From assembly GCA_002279825.1 (NCBI GenBank), contig NCCV01000006.1, forward strand, positions 63,758 to 127,757: a stretch of DNA of 64,000 bases, written 5' to 3'. The translations under genes were made by a program, and so were the position numbers. This DNA is from Sphingomonadales bacterium 12-68-11. GTDB lineage: Bacteria; Pseudomonadota; Alphaproteobacteria; Sphingomonadales; Sphingomonadaceae. A model generated the notes under the pieces. The model ran no database searches, had not been told where the DNA came from, and was given only the letters and a program-made list of their open reading frames with translations. This document shows positions 18,189 to 26,851 of the stretch, in pieces (positions within the stretch are counted from its first letter, which is position 1; every line of letters starts with the position of its first letter).

Positions 18189-19562
18189 ATGGCCAGCGAG
18201 CAGCGCTTCGACGTCGAAGCTTTCATCGACGACCGCAAGATCGGCTGGCGCGAAGTGCTGATGCTCGTCGTGTGCTCGCTCGTGCTCTTCATCGACGGCT
18301 TCGACATGTACTTCTTCGGCAAGATCCTGCCCGCGATCGCCGAAGGGCTCGGCGCGGCGCCTGCCGACATGGATGTCGTGATCTTCTGGACTTACGTCGG
18401 CATGGCGGTCGGCGCGTTCGTGATGCCGCCGCTCGCCGACAGGATCGGTCGCCGCCCGGTGCTGGCGCTGTGCGCGTTCTGCTTCGGCGTGCTGTCGATC
18501 GCAGCGGTCTGGTCGCAGACCGTCACTCACATGGCGATCTTCCGCGGTCTGTCGGGGATCTTCTTCTCGGCGATGCTGCCCGTCGGGCTCGCGCTTTTGT
18601 CCGAGATGACCCCCCGCAAATGGCGCGCGTTCTTCATGGCCATGGCACTGGTGCTGTTCTCCGCGGGCAATGCGGCGAGCGGGGTGATCGCGCTGGTGCA
18701 TCAGGAATACGGCTGGCAGATCGGCTTCTGGGTCGGCGGGCTGCTCGGGTTCCTGGCGTTGCCGCTGCTCTTGCTGATCCCGGAATCGCTCGCCTTCCGC
18801 GTGCGCCGCAACCCGAACGATCCCAAGATTCCCGTCACGGTCAAGGCGATGAGCCCGGCCGCGCCCCTCGAGGGCGTGGCTTACCACTACGGCGCCGACC
18901 GCCCGGTCGGGCAGAAGCTGGGCCCGCTCGCGCTGCTGCAGGAACGCTATTTCCTGCAAACCATCCTGCTGTGGATCGCGTGCTTCCTGTCGCTCGGCAA
19001 CATCGCGCTGCTGACCAACTGGATGGCCACCTTCTTCCAGGAGCTTGGCGGCATCCCTATCGAACAGTTCGCGGTCTCGGCGATGATCTCGTTCATCGGC
19101 GGCGCCACCGGCACACTGATCATGGGTTACCTCATGGACCGGGTGAACCCGTACTGGCTGATCGTGGCGTTCTTCCTGGTCGAGGCGGTCGCGCTCTACA
19201 TGCTCGGGCAAGTGCCGTTCACCAGCGGGCTGTTCCTTGGCGCGCTGATCGCCTGGAATTTCACCCAGGTCGGTGGCCAGACCGGGATCAACAACCTCGC
19301 CACGCTGTCCTACCCGCCCGAAATGCGCTCGAGCGGAATCGGCTGGGCCGGGGGCTGGGGCCGCATCGCGGGGATCGCCATCGCGCCTTTCGCCGGCGCC
19401 GCGGCGCTGCGCATGGAGCTACCGCTTTCGACGATCATGACCTGGATCGCCGGCCTGGCCGTTTCGGTCGCGGTGCTGATCGCCATGCTGGGGACGTTCG
19501 CCCCGGCGTTCGGGGCCAATGCCGTCCGCCGCGCCCAGTTGCGCGCGCAAGCGGCCGAATAG
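18189..19562 (+). CDS. MFS transporter (aromatic acid:H+ symporter-like)
   Basis: 457 aa, about 12 TM. The PPLADRIGRRP loop motif between TM2 and TM3 is typical of MFS. Confidence 0.85.
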   Translation: MASEQRFDVEAFIDDRKIGWREVLMLVVCSLVLFIDGFDMYFFGKILPAIAEGLGAAPADMDVVIFWTYVGMAVGAFVMPPLADRIGRRPVLALCAFCFGVLSIAAVWSQTVTHMAIFRGLSGIFFSAMLPVGLALLSEMTPRKWRAFFMAMALVLFSAGNAASGVIALVHQEYGWQIGFWVGGLLGFLALPLLLLIPESLAFRVRRNPNDPKIPVTVKAMSPAAPLEGVAYHYGADRPVGQKLGPLALLQERYFLQTILLWIACFLSLGNIALLTNWMATFFQELGGIPIEQFAVSAMISFIGGATGTLIMGYLMDRVNPYWLIVAFFLVEAVALYMLGQVPFTSGLFLGALIAWNFTQVGGQTGINNLATLSYPPEMRSSGIGWAGGWGRIAGIAIAPFAGAAALRMELPLSTIMTWIAGLAVSVAVLIAMLGTFAPAFGANAVRRAQLRAQAAE

Positions 19563-19565
19563 TCG

Positions 19566-21029
19566 TTACGATCCCGCCCGCGCGGTGCCGCCCGGCGGCG
19601 GGGCGGGTGGCGGCGAGTTGAAGTGGTCGGGCCAGAACTGCGGCGTATTGCCCGCGCTCGGCGCCGCCGGATCGTAGAGCATGCCCGCGTTCCACCGCTC
19701 CCACGCGGCCCTCATCTCGGCAAATCGTCCGGGCATCCGGGCGCTCAGGTTCGCGCGCTCAAGCGGGTCGGCGATCACGTCGAACAGGAACTCGTTCTCG
19801 TTGATCTTGAGATACTTGTATTGGCCGAGCCGCATCGCGCGCTGTCCGCGGATGCCGTAGCGCCAGAACAGCGGCCGGTCGGGCATCGCGCGCCCGGCCA
19901 GCGCCGCCGCGATGTCCGCCCCGTCGCTGGGGAAGGCCGGCGCCTGGCGCCCGCCGCCGGCCGCGAGGAAGGTCGGCAGCCAATCCATCGACATGATCGG
20001 CACCGTGCTTTCGCTGCGCGCCGGCACAACCCCGGGCCAGCGCACGATCGCGGGCACGCGCAGCCCGCCTTCGAGCAGTTCGGTCTTCTTGCCGGTGAAC
20101 GGCCAGGTATCGCTGAACCGTTCGCCGCCGTTGTCGCTGGTGAACACCACGATCGTGTCGCGATCCTGCCCGAGCGCGGCGAGCCGGGCCAGCACCCGCC
20201 CGACATTGTCGTCGAGCGATTTCATCATCCGCGCGTACGTCGCGAGCGTGCCGCCGTCGTAGTGGAGGATCCCGCCGCCGCCCGCGCTCGGCGCGCTGGC
20301 GATGCGCTCGCTTTCGGCGCGTCCTTCTTCATCGTTGGCTTCCCACGGCCAGTGCGGCGCGGTGAAGTGCAGGCTGATGAAGAACGGGCGGCCGTCCGCC
20401 TTGCGCTTGTCGAGCGTTTCGAGCGTGCGATCGGCGAGGAGGTCGGTGACGTAGCCGGCCTCCTCGATCCGCGTTTCGCCGTCCCACAAGTCGCTGCGTC
20501 CGCCGAAGCCGTGGCGGAAGTAGTCGATCCCGCCGCCGTAAAGCCCCCAGAACTCGTCGTAACCGCTCTTGAGCGGTCCGTACTTGGGCAACGCACCGAG
20601 GTGCCACTTGCCGATCAGCGTGGTGCGATAGCCGGCCGCGCGCAGCAGCGAGGCCACCGTCGGATGCTCGGGCGGCAGGCCGACGTCGGCGACCCCGAGC
20701 GGTTCCTGCAATCCGATCGGTAGCCGGTACTGGTAGCGCCCGGTGATCAGCCCGACGCGCGTCGCGGTGCAGACCGCGCTGTTGGCATAGGCGTGAGTGA
20801 ACATCATCCCCTCGCGCGCCAGCCCGTCGAGCACCGGGGTCATATAGTCACGCCGGCCGTAGCAACTGAGGTCCGCATATCCGAGGTCGTCGGCCATGAT
20901 GTAGAGGATGTTCGGCTTGGCCCCGGTTCTGGGCCCGCCGGCCTGCGCCAGGCCCGGCCGGGCGCTCGCCAGCGCCGCCGTGCCGAGCGCCCCGGCGATC
21001 GCCGTGCGGCGGGTGATCCCCTTACTCAT
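19566..21029 (-). CDS. sulfatase (arylsulfatase family), Tat-type signal
   Basis: Twin-arginine leader MSKGITRRTAIAGALGTAALASA, NILYIMADDLGYADL, and formylglycine motif variant C-T-A-T-R in SAVCTATRVGLITGR. ATG 21029 is preceded by GGAGAGGA. Confidence 0.88.
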   Translation of the reverse strand: MSKGITRRTAIAGALGTAALASARPGLAQAGGPRTGAKPNILYIMADDLGYADLSCYGRRDYMTPVLDGLAREGMMFTHAYANSAVCTATRVGLITGRYQYRLPIGLQEPLGVADVGLPPEHPTVASLLRAAGYRTTLIGKWHLGALPKYGPLKSGYDEFWGLYGGGIDYFRHGFGGRSDLWDGETRIEEAGYVTDLLADRTLETLDKRKADGRPFFISLHFTAPHWPWEANDEEGRAESERIASAPSAGGGGILHYDGGTLATYARMMKSLDDNVGRVLARLAALGQDRDTIVVFTSDNGGERFSDTWPFTGKKTELLEGGLRVPAIVRWPGVVPARSESTVPIMSMDWLPTFLAAGGGRQAPAFPSDGADIAAALAGRAMPDRPLFWRYGIRGQRAMRLGQYKYLKINENEFLFDVIADPLERANLSARMPGRFAEMRAAWERWNAGMLYDPAAPSAGNTPQFWPDHFNSPPPAPPPGGTARAGS

Positions 21030-21054
21030 GGCATTCCTCTCCGTGTCCAAAGCT

Positions 21055-21132
21055 GGGCGGCCAGGCCCCGCGAACCTGGACCTGGCCGCCCAATCGACCA
21101 GCTTCGCACCGGGAGCGCCCGTGGCGCGAAGC
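21055..21132 (-). promoter_or_regulatory. two strong intercistronic stem-loops between the TBDR and the sulfatase
   Basis: GGGCGGCCAGG(21055-21065)/CCTGGCCGCCC(21081-21091) forms an 11-bp stem. GCTTCGC(21101-21107)/GCGAAGC(21126-21132) forms a 7-bp stem. No clean T-run. Possible mRNA processing/stability element or partial terminator. Confidence 0.4.
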
Positions 21133-21157
21133 TAGCCTTCCTTTTGCCGCCTGGCGA

Positions 21158-24100
21158 TCACATCCGCAGCTTGACGCCCAGGGTGAAGCGGCGGCCGAGC
21201 ACGTCGAACAGTCCGGAATTGAACTGCGTCGAAGTGCCCGTGAAAGTCGAATAGGTACCCGTCACCGGCGTCGCCCTGTCGGTGAGGTTGGTGACCGCGC
21301 CCCACACTTCGACACGATTGCCGTCGAGCGCCGGGATTTCGTAGGCGACCCTGAGATCGGCGTAGAACACCGACGGCACCGAGTTGTCGGCGATGTTGCT
21401 GCCCTCGACCGCAGCCGCCCCGCCGATCGTATAAGTCCGCAGCCCCGATCCGATTACGCGGCCCTGCAGGAAGAGCGAGAACGGGCCGTTGTCGTAAGTC
21501 AGGTTGCCGGTGAACTTGAACTTGGGGAACAGGCCCTGCGCGCCGGTATCCGGAGCGAGGCCGGTCAGCCCGTCGAAGCGGGTCGTGACCCCGGTCGCGC
21601 CGACGTCCGACCGGTCGAGCAGCCACGACATGAAGGCGCGAGCTCCGATCCGCTCGTCCTCGCCGCCGAGCAGGTCCACCGATGTGCGATAGCCGACCTC
21701 GGCATCGATGCCTTCGACCCGCGATTGCGCCACGTTCACGAACTGGTTGCCGACCAGGATGATCTTGCCGCTCTGCGAAGCATCGACCGTCACCAGATCG
21801 CAGAACGTCGGATCGTCCTCGACGAAGCAGCGGCGCGCCACTTCGTTGGTGCCGACTGTCGCGATCGCGCCGTCGATTCTGACCTTGTACCAGTCGAGTG
21901 AGGCGGAGAAGCCAGGCAGGAAACCGGGCTGGAAAATCGCGCCGGCGGTGAAGGTATCGGCCTTCTCGGGCTGGATCGCCGGATTTCCGCCCGAGAAGAT
22001 CGTGACCAGGTAAGTCTGCCCGCCCCAGGTCGCGTTCTGCGCTGCCGTGCGCGGGTCGGTGACGTTGCCGGTGCCGCCGGTTTTGTCGAACCGTTCCGAC
22101 AGGTTCCCCGCGCGCACGTCGCGCGAGTACGTCCCGCGGAAGCGCAGACCGTCGACGATCGAGAAGTCGAGCCCGCCCTTGTAGGCCCATATCGTGCCCG
22201 ACCCCGAGTATTCGGCCACGCGGCCGGCGAGGTTGATCGCCGCGCGCGTCCCGCGCCCGGTGTCGAACAGCGGGATCAGCGTTTCGGCGAAGCCTTCCTT
22301 GACCTCGGCCTCGCCCTGAATGTTCGAGACCTTGGAGAACTGGAAAGCCACGGTGTTGTTGCAATCCGGCGCGCTCACCCCGCGCAGCCCGAGCGCCGCG
22401 TTGGTGGCGGCGTTGGTCGTGCAGGGGTGGTACTCGCCGGGGATTGGGCTGCCGGCCGGGCCGACATCGTGGTTGGATGCCCGGTTGGTGGTGTCCTGGA
22501 CCACCTGATAGATCGATTCCTTGCGGTAGGACGCCCCGAACGCCAGCCCGATCGGCCCGGCCCAGCCCTGGATAAGGTCGCCGCGCGCGGAGACCTCAGC
22601 GAAGTGCTGTTCGAAGGTCGTGATATTGCGCTTCGGCGCTACCGATTCGTACTGGTAGGTCTCGCCGGTGAAGCCGAGGTTTGCGAAGTAGAGCGGGGTA
22701 TTGACTGCCACGCCGACATCGTTGCCGAGCACGTAGTCGACCGCGCTCGCCGAGGCATTGCCGCGGCCGAACAGGTTGATCGGCTGGCAGCCAGGGAAGG
22801 CGGCTGCGCCGGCCGCGAAAGTCGAGACCCGGCACACGATCTGGTTGCCGACCCGCACCGCATCGACCGCCGCGAAGATCCGGTCGACGCGCAGCGTGTA
22901 CTGGTCCCACACGCGCTCGCTGTGGCCGTACTGATAGTAGCCGCCGACCTTCCAGCCGCCGAGAAATCCGTCTGCGGCGAGCTCGGCATCGAAGCCCAGC
23001 GTCGCGACGTTCTGCGTCACCTCGTCCTCGAACCAGACGTCGCCGATGTCCTCCAGCGTTCCGACCCGGCGGAGCTGGAACGAGGCGATGTTGTTGGCGA
23101 CCATCTGCTGGCGCAGCGCATCGGGCAGGAACGCGTTGTCCTGGAAGATCGTGATCGCGGTTGGCGATCCGAACAGCGAGCCGCGCGGGATGTTGTACTG
23201 AAACTGGCGGTTGTTGCCGTGCATGTACTGCGCGAACACCGTCAGATTGTCGCTCAGCTCGTAATCGGCATAGGCGAACAGCGAATAGCGGTCGGTATCG
23301 GGATAGAGCGTAAATGCCTCGCTGTTGAGGTCGTCCCCGCCGCCACCCGCCGCGCGGCCGCCATTGCCGAGCGTGCCCTGCGAGGGCGTGCCGACGACCA
23401 GCGGCGAGGTGCCGCCGCTGCGGTTGAACGCGAGGCCGTTGATGACCGTGCCGGGCGCATAGATCACGCCGTCGAAGGACGCGGTGATCGAATGGACGTC
23501 GGCATAGTCGGCCCAGATGCCGCCGACCTGCACCGCGCCGGTATTGGTGTACCAGTCGCGGCTGGTGATCTCGTGGATCCCGGTCAGGTGCGCGCGAGAG
23601 CCGGACACCAGCAGGTGGCCGCGCGTGCCGAGGTCGATCCCGAGCGCGCCCTTGAGCTCGTAGTTGCGCGCGTCGCCGCGTTCGGTCGAACCCATCTGCA
23701 TGTCGAGCTGCAGCCCGTCGAACTCGGTATCGAGCAGGAAGTTGACCACGCCGGCCACTGCGTCGGTGCCGTAAGCGGCGGAGGCGCCACCGGTCACCGT
23801 CTCGATGCCGTTGACCATCGCTTCGGGGAACAAGTTGACGTCGACCCCGCCGAACGCGCTGCTCGCGGGCACCCGCCGTCCGTTAAGCAAGGTCAGCGTG
23901 CGATTGGGTCCGAGCCCGCGCAAGTTGAGGTTGCCGGTTCCGCCGCGAACGAAAAAGTTGGAGTTGTTAGGGGTCTGGTTGCCGTAGAACTGCGGCAATT
24001 GGCTGACGCTCGAGATCAGCGAGGCCGGGTCCATCGCGTCGAGCTCCTCCGCCTGGACCGCGGTGACCGGTACTGGCGAATTCATTCCGCTGGTGACCAG

Positions 24101-24253
24101 GCGCGACCCGGTCACGGTGATCGTGGGTTCGCCCTGTGCCACTTCCTCCGAGGCGGGTGCGTCCTGCGCAAGCGCCGGGTTCGCCATGACCAGCGCGAGT
24201 GCGCTGGCGCTTGCCGCCAGGATCGGGCGCGAGCCCGCGATCGTCTGTACCAT
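21158..24253 (-). CDS. TonB-dependent receptor
   Basis: Signal peptide (MVQTIAGSRPILAASASALALVMANPALAQ), plug motifs, and a C-terminal beta-barrel ending in GVKLRM. ATG 24253 is preceded by GGGGAGGAAG. Confidence 0.92.
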   Translation of the reverse strand: MVQTIAGSRPILAASASALALVMANPALAQDAPASEEVAQGEPTITVTGSRLVTSGMNSPVPVTAVQAEELDAMDPASLISSVSQLPQFYGNQTPNNSNFFVRGGTGNLNLRGLGPNRTLTLLNGRRVPASSAFGGVDVNLFPEAMVNGIETVTGGASAAYGTDAVAGVVNFLLDTEFDGLQLDMQMGSTERGDARNYELKGALGIDLGTRGHLLVSGSRAHLTGIHEITSRDWYTNTGAVQVGGIWADYADVHSITASFDGVIYAPGTVINGLAFNRSGGTSPLVVGTPSQGTLGNGGRAAGGGGDDLNSEAFTLYPDTDRYSLFAYADYELSDNLTVFAQYMHGNNRQFQYNIPRGSLFGSPTAITIFQDNAFLPDALRQQMVANNIASFQLRRVGTLEDIGDVWFEDEVTQNVATLGFDAELAADGFLGGWKVGGYYQYGHSERVWDQYTLRVDRIFAAVDAVRVGNQIVCRVSTFAAGAAAFPGCQPINLFGRGNASASAVDYVLGNDVGVAVNTPLYFANLGFTGETYQYESVAPKRNITTFEQHFAEVSARGDLIQGWAGPIGLAFGASYRKESIYQVVQDTTNRASNHDVGPAGSPIPGEYHPCTTNAATNAALGLRGVSAPDCNNTVAFQFSKVSNIQGEAEVKEGFAETLIPLFDTGRGTRAAINLAGRVAEYSGSGTIWAYKGGLDFSIVDGLRFRGTYSRDVRAGNLSERFDKTGGTGNVTDPRTAAQNATWGGQTYLVTIFSGGNPAIQPEKADTFTAGAIFQPGFLPGFSASLDWYKVRIDGAIATVGTNEVARRCFVEDDPTFCDLVTVDASQSGKIILVGNQFVNVAQSRVEGIDAEVGYRTSVDLLGGEDERIGARAFMSWLLDRSDVGATGVTTRFDGLTGLAPDTGAQGLFPKFKFTGNLTYDNGPFSLFLQGRVIGSGLRTYTIGGAAAVEGSNIADNSVPSVFYADLRVAYEIPALDGNRVEVWGAVTNLTDRATPVTGTYSTFTGTSTQFNSGLFDVLGRRFTLGVKLRM

Positions 24254-24336
24254 CGACTTCCTCCCCTTATCGTCGTTGCCGGCGAGGTCGTCCGAGCGGC
24301 GGCGCAAAGCAACGCATCGCAAAGTGATGACAGGTC

Positions 24337-24352
24337 ATAATTCGTAAGTTAT
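24337..24352. promoter_or_regulatory. candidate LysR-type operator (ATAA-N8-TTAT, T-N11-A core)
   Basis: ATAATTCGTAAGTTAT in the divergent TBDR/LysR intergenic region, ~21 nt upstream of the LysR start. Confidence 0.4.
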
Positions 24353-24372
24353 CAGATGGGCTGGAACCGATA

Positions 24373-25323
24373 ATGCCAGGCCTGCCCTTCACCCTCCGCC
24401 AGCTCGAGGTTTTCGCCAGCCTCTGCGCCACGCGCAGCTTCCGGCGCAGCGCCGAATCGCTCGGCATTTCGCAAGCTTCGGTCAGCAACCAGATGCGCAC
24501 GCTCGAAGAACAGCTCGGGCTCGCCCTGTTTTCGCGGCGGCCCGGCCAGCGGCCGACCCTGACTTCGGAAGGCATGGCCTTTTTCGACGATCTGCGCGCT
24601 TTCCAGGCGGCGGCCGAAGCGCTCGCGGCTCACCGCCGGACGGGGCCCGGCGATGCGCCGCAGACCGTGCGCTACCAGGTGCTGATCGGGCAGGGGCTAC
24701 TCGACGGTTACGTCCGGCCCAAGCTCGACCGCTTCTTCGCCGCGCATCCCGATATCGAGCTGGCGTTCGAGGCGCAGCCGCCGAGCGGGACGCTCGCCCG
24801 CGATCTCGAGGACGGTCGCTACGACTTCGCGCTGATCCACCGCCGTGAGAACCGCTCGGTGGAACCCTACATGCGCCAGCTCGCGCTGGTGCGGGGCGGC
24901 ATCTACGGACATCGCAAGTTCGCCGAAGGGCGGCGTCTGCCGCTGCTTGCGGAACAGATCAACGCGCTGCCGTTCATCATGCCGCTCGCCGCCAGCAGCC
25001 AGGAGCGGGAGGTCCTGCAGGTCTTCGCGCACTACGGGATTCATCCACGCCGCGTGATCGGCCACACCCAGTACTACGACGTCATGGCGGCCATGCTCGA
25101 GCGCGGGGTCGGCGTGTCCTCGCTCGCCGACGCGATCCTGCCGACGGAGATGCGCGAGCAGGTGATCCTGCTCTACCCGCTCGAGAACTGGCGGCTGCTG
25201 TGGTTCCGCAAGGATGCCGGCGGCGATCCGCGCTGCGACCGGGTGCAGGCGTTCCTGCTTTCGGCGGTGCTGCAGGATCCGAACTACCTGACCATTTCGG
25301 TCTTTGCCGAAGAGTTCGCTTAG
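24373..25323 (+). CDS. LysR family transcriptional regulator
   Basis: 316 aa. N-terminal HTH LRQLEVFASLCATRSFRRSAESLGISQASVSNQMRTLEEQLG. Divergent from the TBDR-sulfatase unit. Confidence 0.9.
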   Translation: MPGLPFTLRQLEVFASLCATRSFRRSAESLGISQASVSNQMRTLEEQLGLALFSRRPGQRPTLTSEGMAFFDDLRAFQAAAEALAAHRRTGPGDAPQTVRYQVLIGQGLLDGYVRPKLDRFFAAHPDIELAFEAQPPSGTLARDLEDGRYDFALIHRRENRSVEPYMRQLALVRGGIYGHRKFAEGRRLPLLAEQINALPFIMPLAASSQEREVLQVFAHYGIHPRRVIGHTQYYDVMAAMLERGVGVSSLADAILPTEMREQVILLYPLENWRLLWFRKDAGGDPRCDRVQAFLLSAVLQDPNYLTISVFAEEFA

Positions 25324-25706
25324 GCCGGCAGTTCGACCAGTTCGATCTCGTGTCCCTCGGGGCTTTTCAGCATCGCGACCTTGACCGGGCCGACCGTAAA
25401 CACGCCGCTCAGGTCCGCAGCCCCGGCCTCGACGGCCTGCGCAAGGCTGGCGGAAATGTCGGCGCAAAACAGCCCGACCGGCCCGTGCCCGGGCCCTGGC
25501 GCCACCGGGCGGCCGTCTTTGAAGCAGACCAGCAGCAGGTTGGGCCCCGCTTCCTGTCCCGGCAGCGCAAGGATGTGCTCGGCAAAATCCGCCTCGTCGA
25601 AGCTCTGCACCACGGCAAAGCCGAAGGCCTCGCGCCAGAACCCCAGCGCCGACGCCATCTCGGGGACGTTGAGCTTGAAGAACCCGAGTCGGGCGCTGGT
25701 CTGCAT
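25320..25706 (-). CDS. VOC (glyoxalase/bleomycin-resistance/dioxygenase) family protein
   Basis: About 128 aa from MQTSARLGFFKLNVPEMASALGFWREAFGF. GAGGAG lies upstream of ATG 25706. Its stop codon overlaps the LysR stop. Confidence 0.75.
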   Translation of the reverse strand: MQTSARLGFFKLNVPEMASALGFWREAFGFAVVQSFDEADFAEHILALPGQEAGPNLLLVCFKDGRPVAPGPGHGPVGLFCADISASLAQAVEAGAADLSGVFTVGPVKVAMLKSPEGHEIELVELPA

Positions 25707-25883
25707 TGGGGCTCCTCGATCGGCCGGGCCGGTCTCTAGCAAATTCGGGCGAAAGCACGAAGCGGCGCTACGTTTCGTTGACTTCGTCTGACTATTTGAC
25801 TCGAAGCAAACTTCGGCCCAGCCATATGCGCGAAGGAGGTGGAGGAGGGCCGCCCGCCGGCACCGTAGGGGGACGCAGTTATC

Positions 25884-26432
25884 ATGCCGATCGACATCCG
25901 CAAGCTCGGGCCGATCATTCTGGACGAGGCCAAAGCCGAGAGCAGCTTCGAGATCTATCGCCGGGGCGAATCGCCGCGCGACGTCACGGTACTGATCAAA
26001 ATGGTGCTGGCCGTCCGCACTTTCCGCAACCAGCTCGACGAGCGGCTGCGCGCGATCGGGCAGAGCGTGGCGCGGATGGAAGCGCTCGCCGCGATCATGA
26101 ACATGCGCGAGCCGAAGTCGCAGCGCGACATCGCCCGCCGGCTGCGCGTCGAAGGCGCGACGATCACGCGGATCATCGACATTCTGAGCGCCGAAGGGCT
26201 GGTCGAGCGCAAGCCCGATGCCAACGATCGGCGCATCAACCAGATCACCATTTCGCCCAAGGGCGAAGAGGCTTTACGCGGCATCTTCGAGGTTTACGAC
26301 CAGATGCGCGCGCATATCCTGACCGGCGCCGCGCCGGCGGACATCGCCTTCCTCGAGAACTTGCTCGACCAGATGCTTGCGCGACTCGACGATCCCACCT
26401 GGGGCGCGGGCGAAAGCGACACCGCGCCCTGA
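25884..26432 (+). CDS. MarR family transcriptional regulator
   Basis: 182 aa. The wHTH QRDIARRLRVEGATITRIIDILSAEGLVERKPDANDRRINQITISPKGEE is typical of MarR. Confidence 0.88.
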   Translation: MPIDIRKLGPIILDEAKAESSFEIYRRGESPRDVTVLIKMVLAVRTFRNQLDERLRAIGQSVARMEALAAIMNMREPKSQRDIARRLRVEGATITRIIDILSAEGLVERKPDANDRRINQITISPKGEEALRGIFEVYDQMRAHILTGAAPADIAFLENLLDQMLARLDDPTWGAGESDTAP

Positions 26433-26851
26433 GCGCGGCCTGATCCCCCAAACAAATCTCTGAAGCCCACTGTTCGGACATGCCGCCCGCTCGCGGGCTG
26501 TGCATTGGCGCGGCCTGCGAGGGCATATTCGTTGCCTCTGAAAACGCTCACTACCCTAACGATTAGAGGCGGAATCATCGTCTAGACAACCATTCAGTGT
26601 TCAATTAGTAGTCTGCGAACAAGAGTCCCCCGCAACGAGGGGATGCCTGGGGAGAAGCGTTTGATCCAAAATGGTGGCGGGGCCGCGACCCCGCGTTGAT
26701 CGCTCCGGCCGGGCACACCCGGCGGATCGGTAAAGACAATCATCCAGATCGATAGAGCAACCGGCTCGCTTGCAGATGGCGGGACCGGGCAAGCCCGTGC
26801 GTCCGGCGAAAGTCTCGCCGCGCGGCGTCGGGTTCATGGGGGAGAAGAGAC

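Noticed and set aside
26560-26851. Cobalamin riboswitch upstream of the large TonB-dependent receptor.
   Set aside because: Only short fragments resemble the core (CCCGCAAC, a loose B12-box-like AAGCCCG...CCGGC). The GGGAA-N-GGTG-N-AA-N-CC region and the GCCACTG element are missing, and the order and spacing do not fit. A covariance-model search would be needed to revive it.
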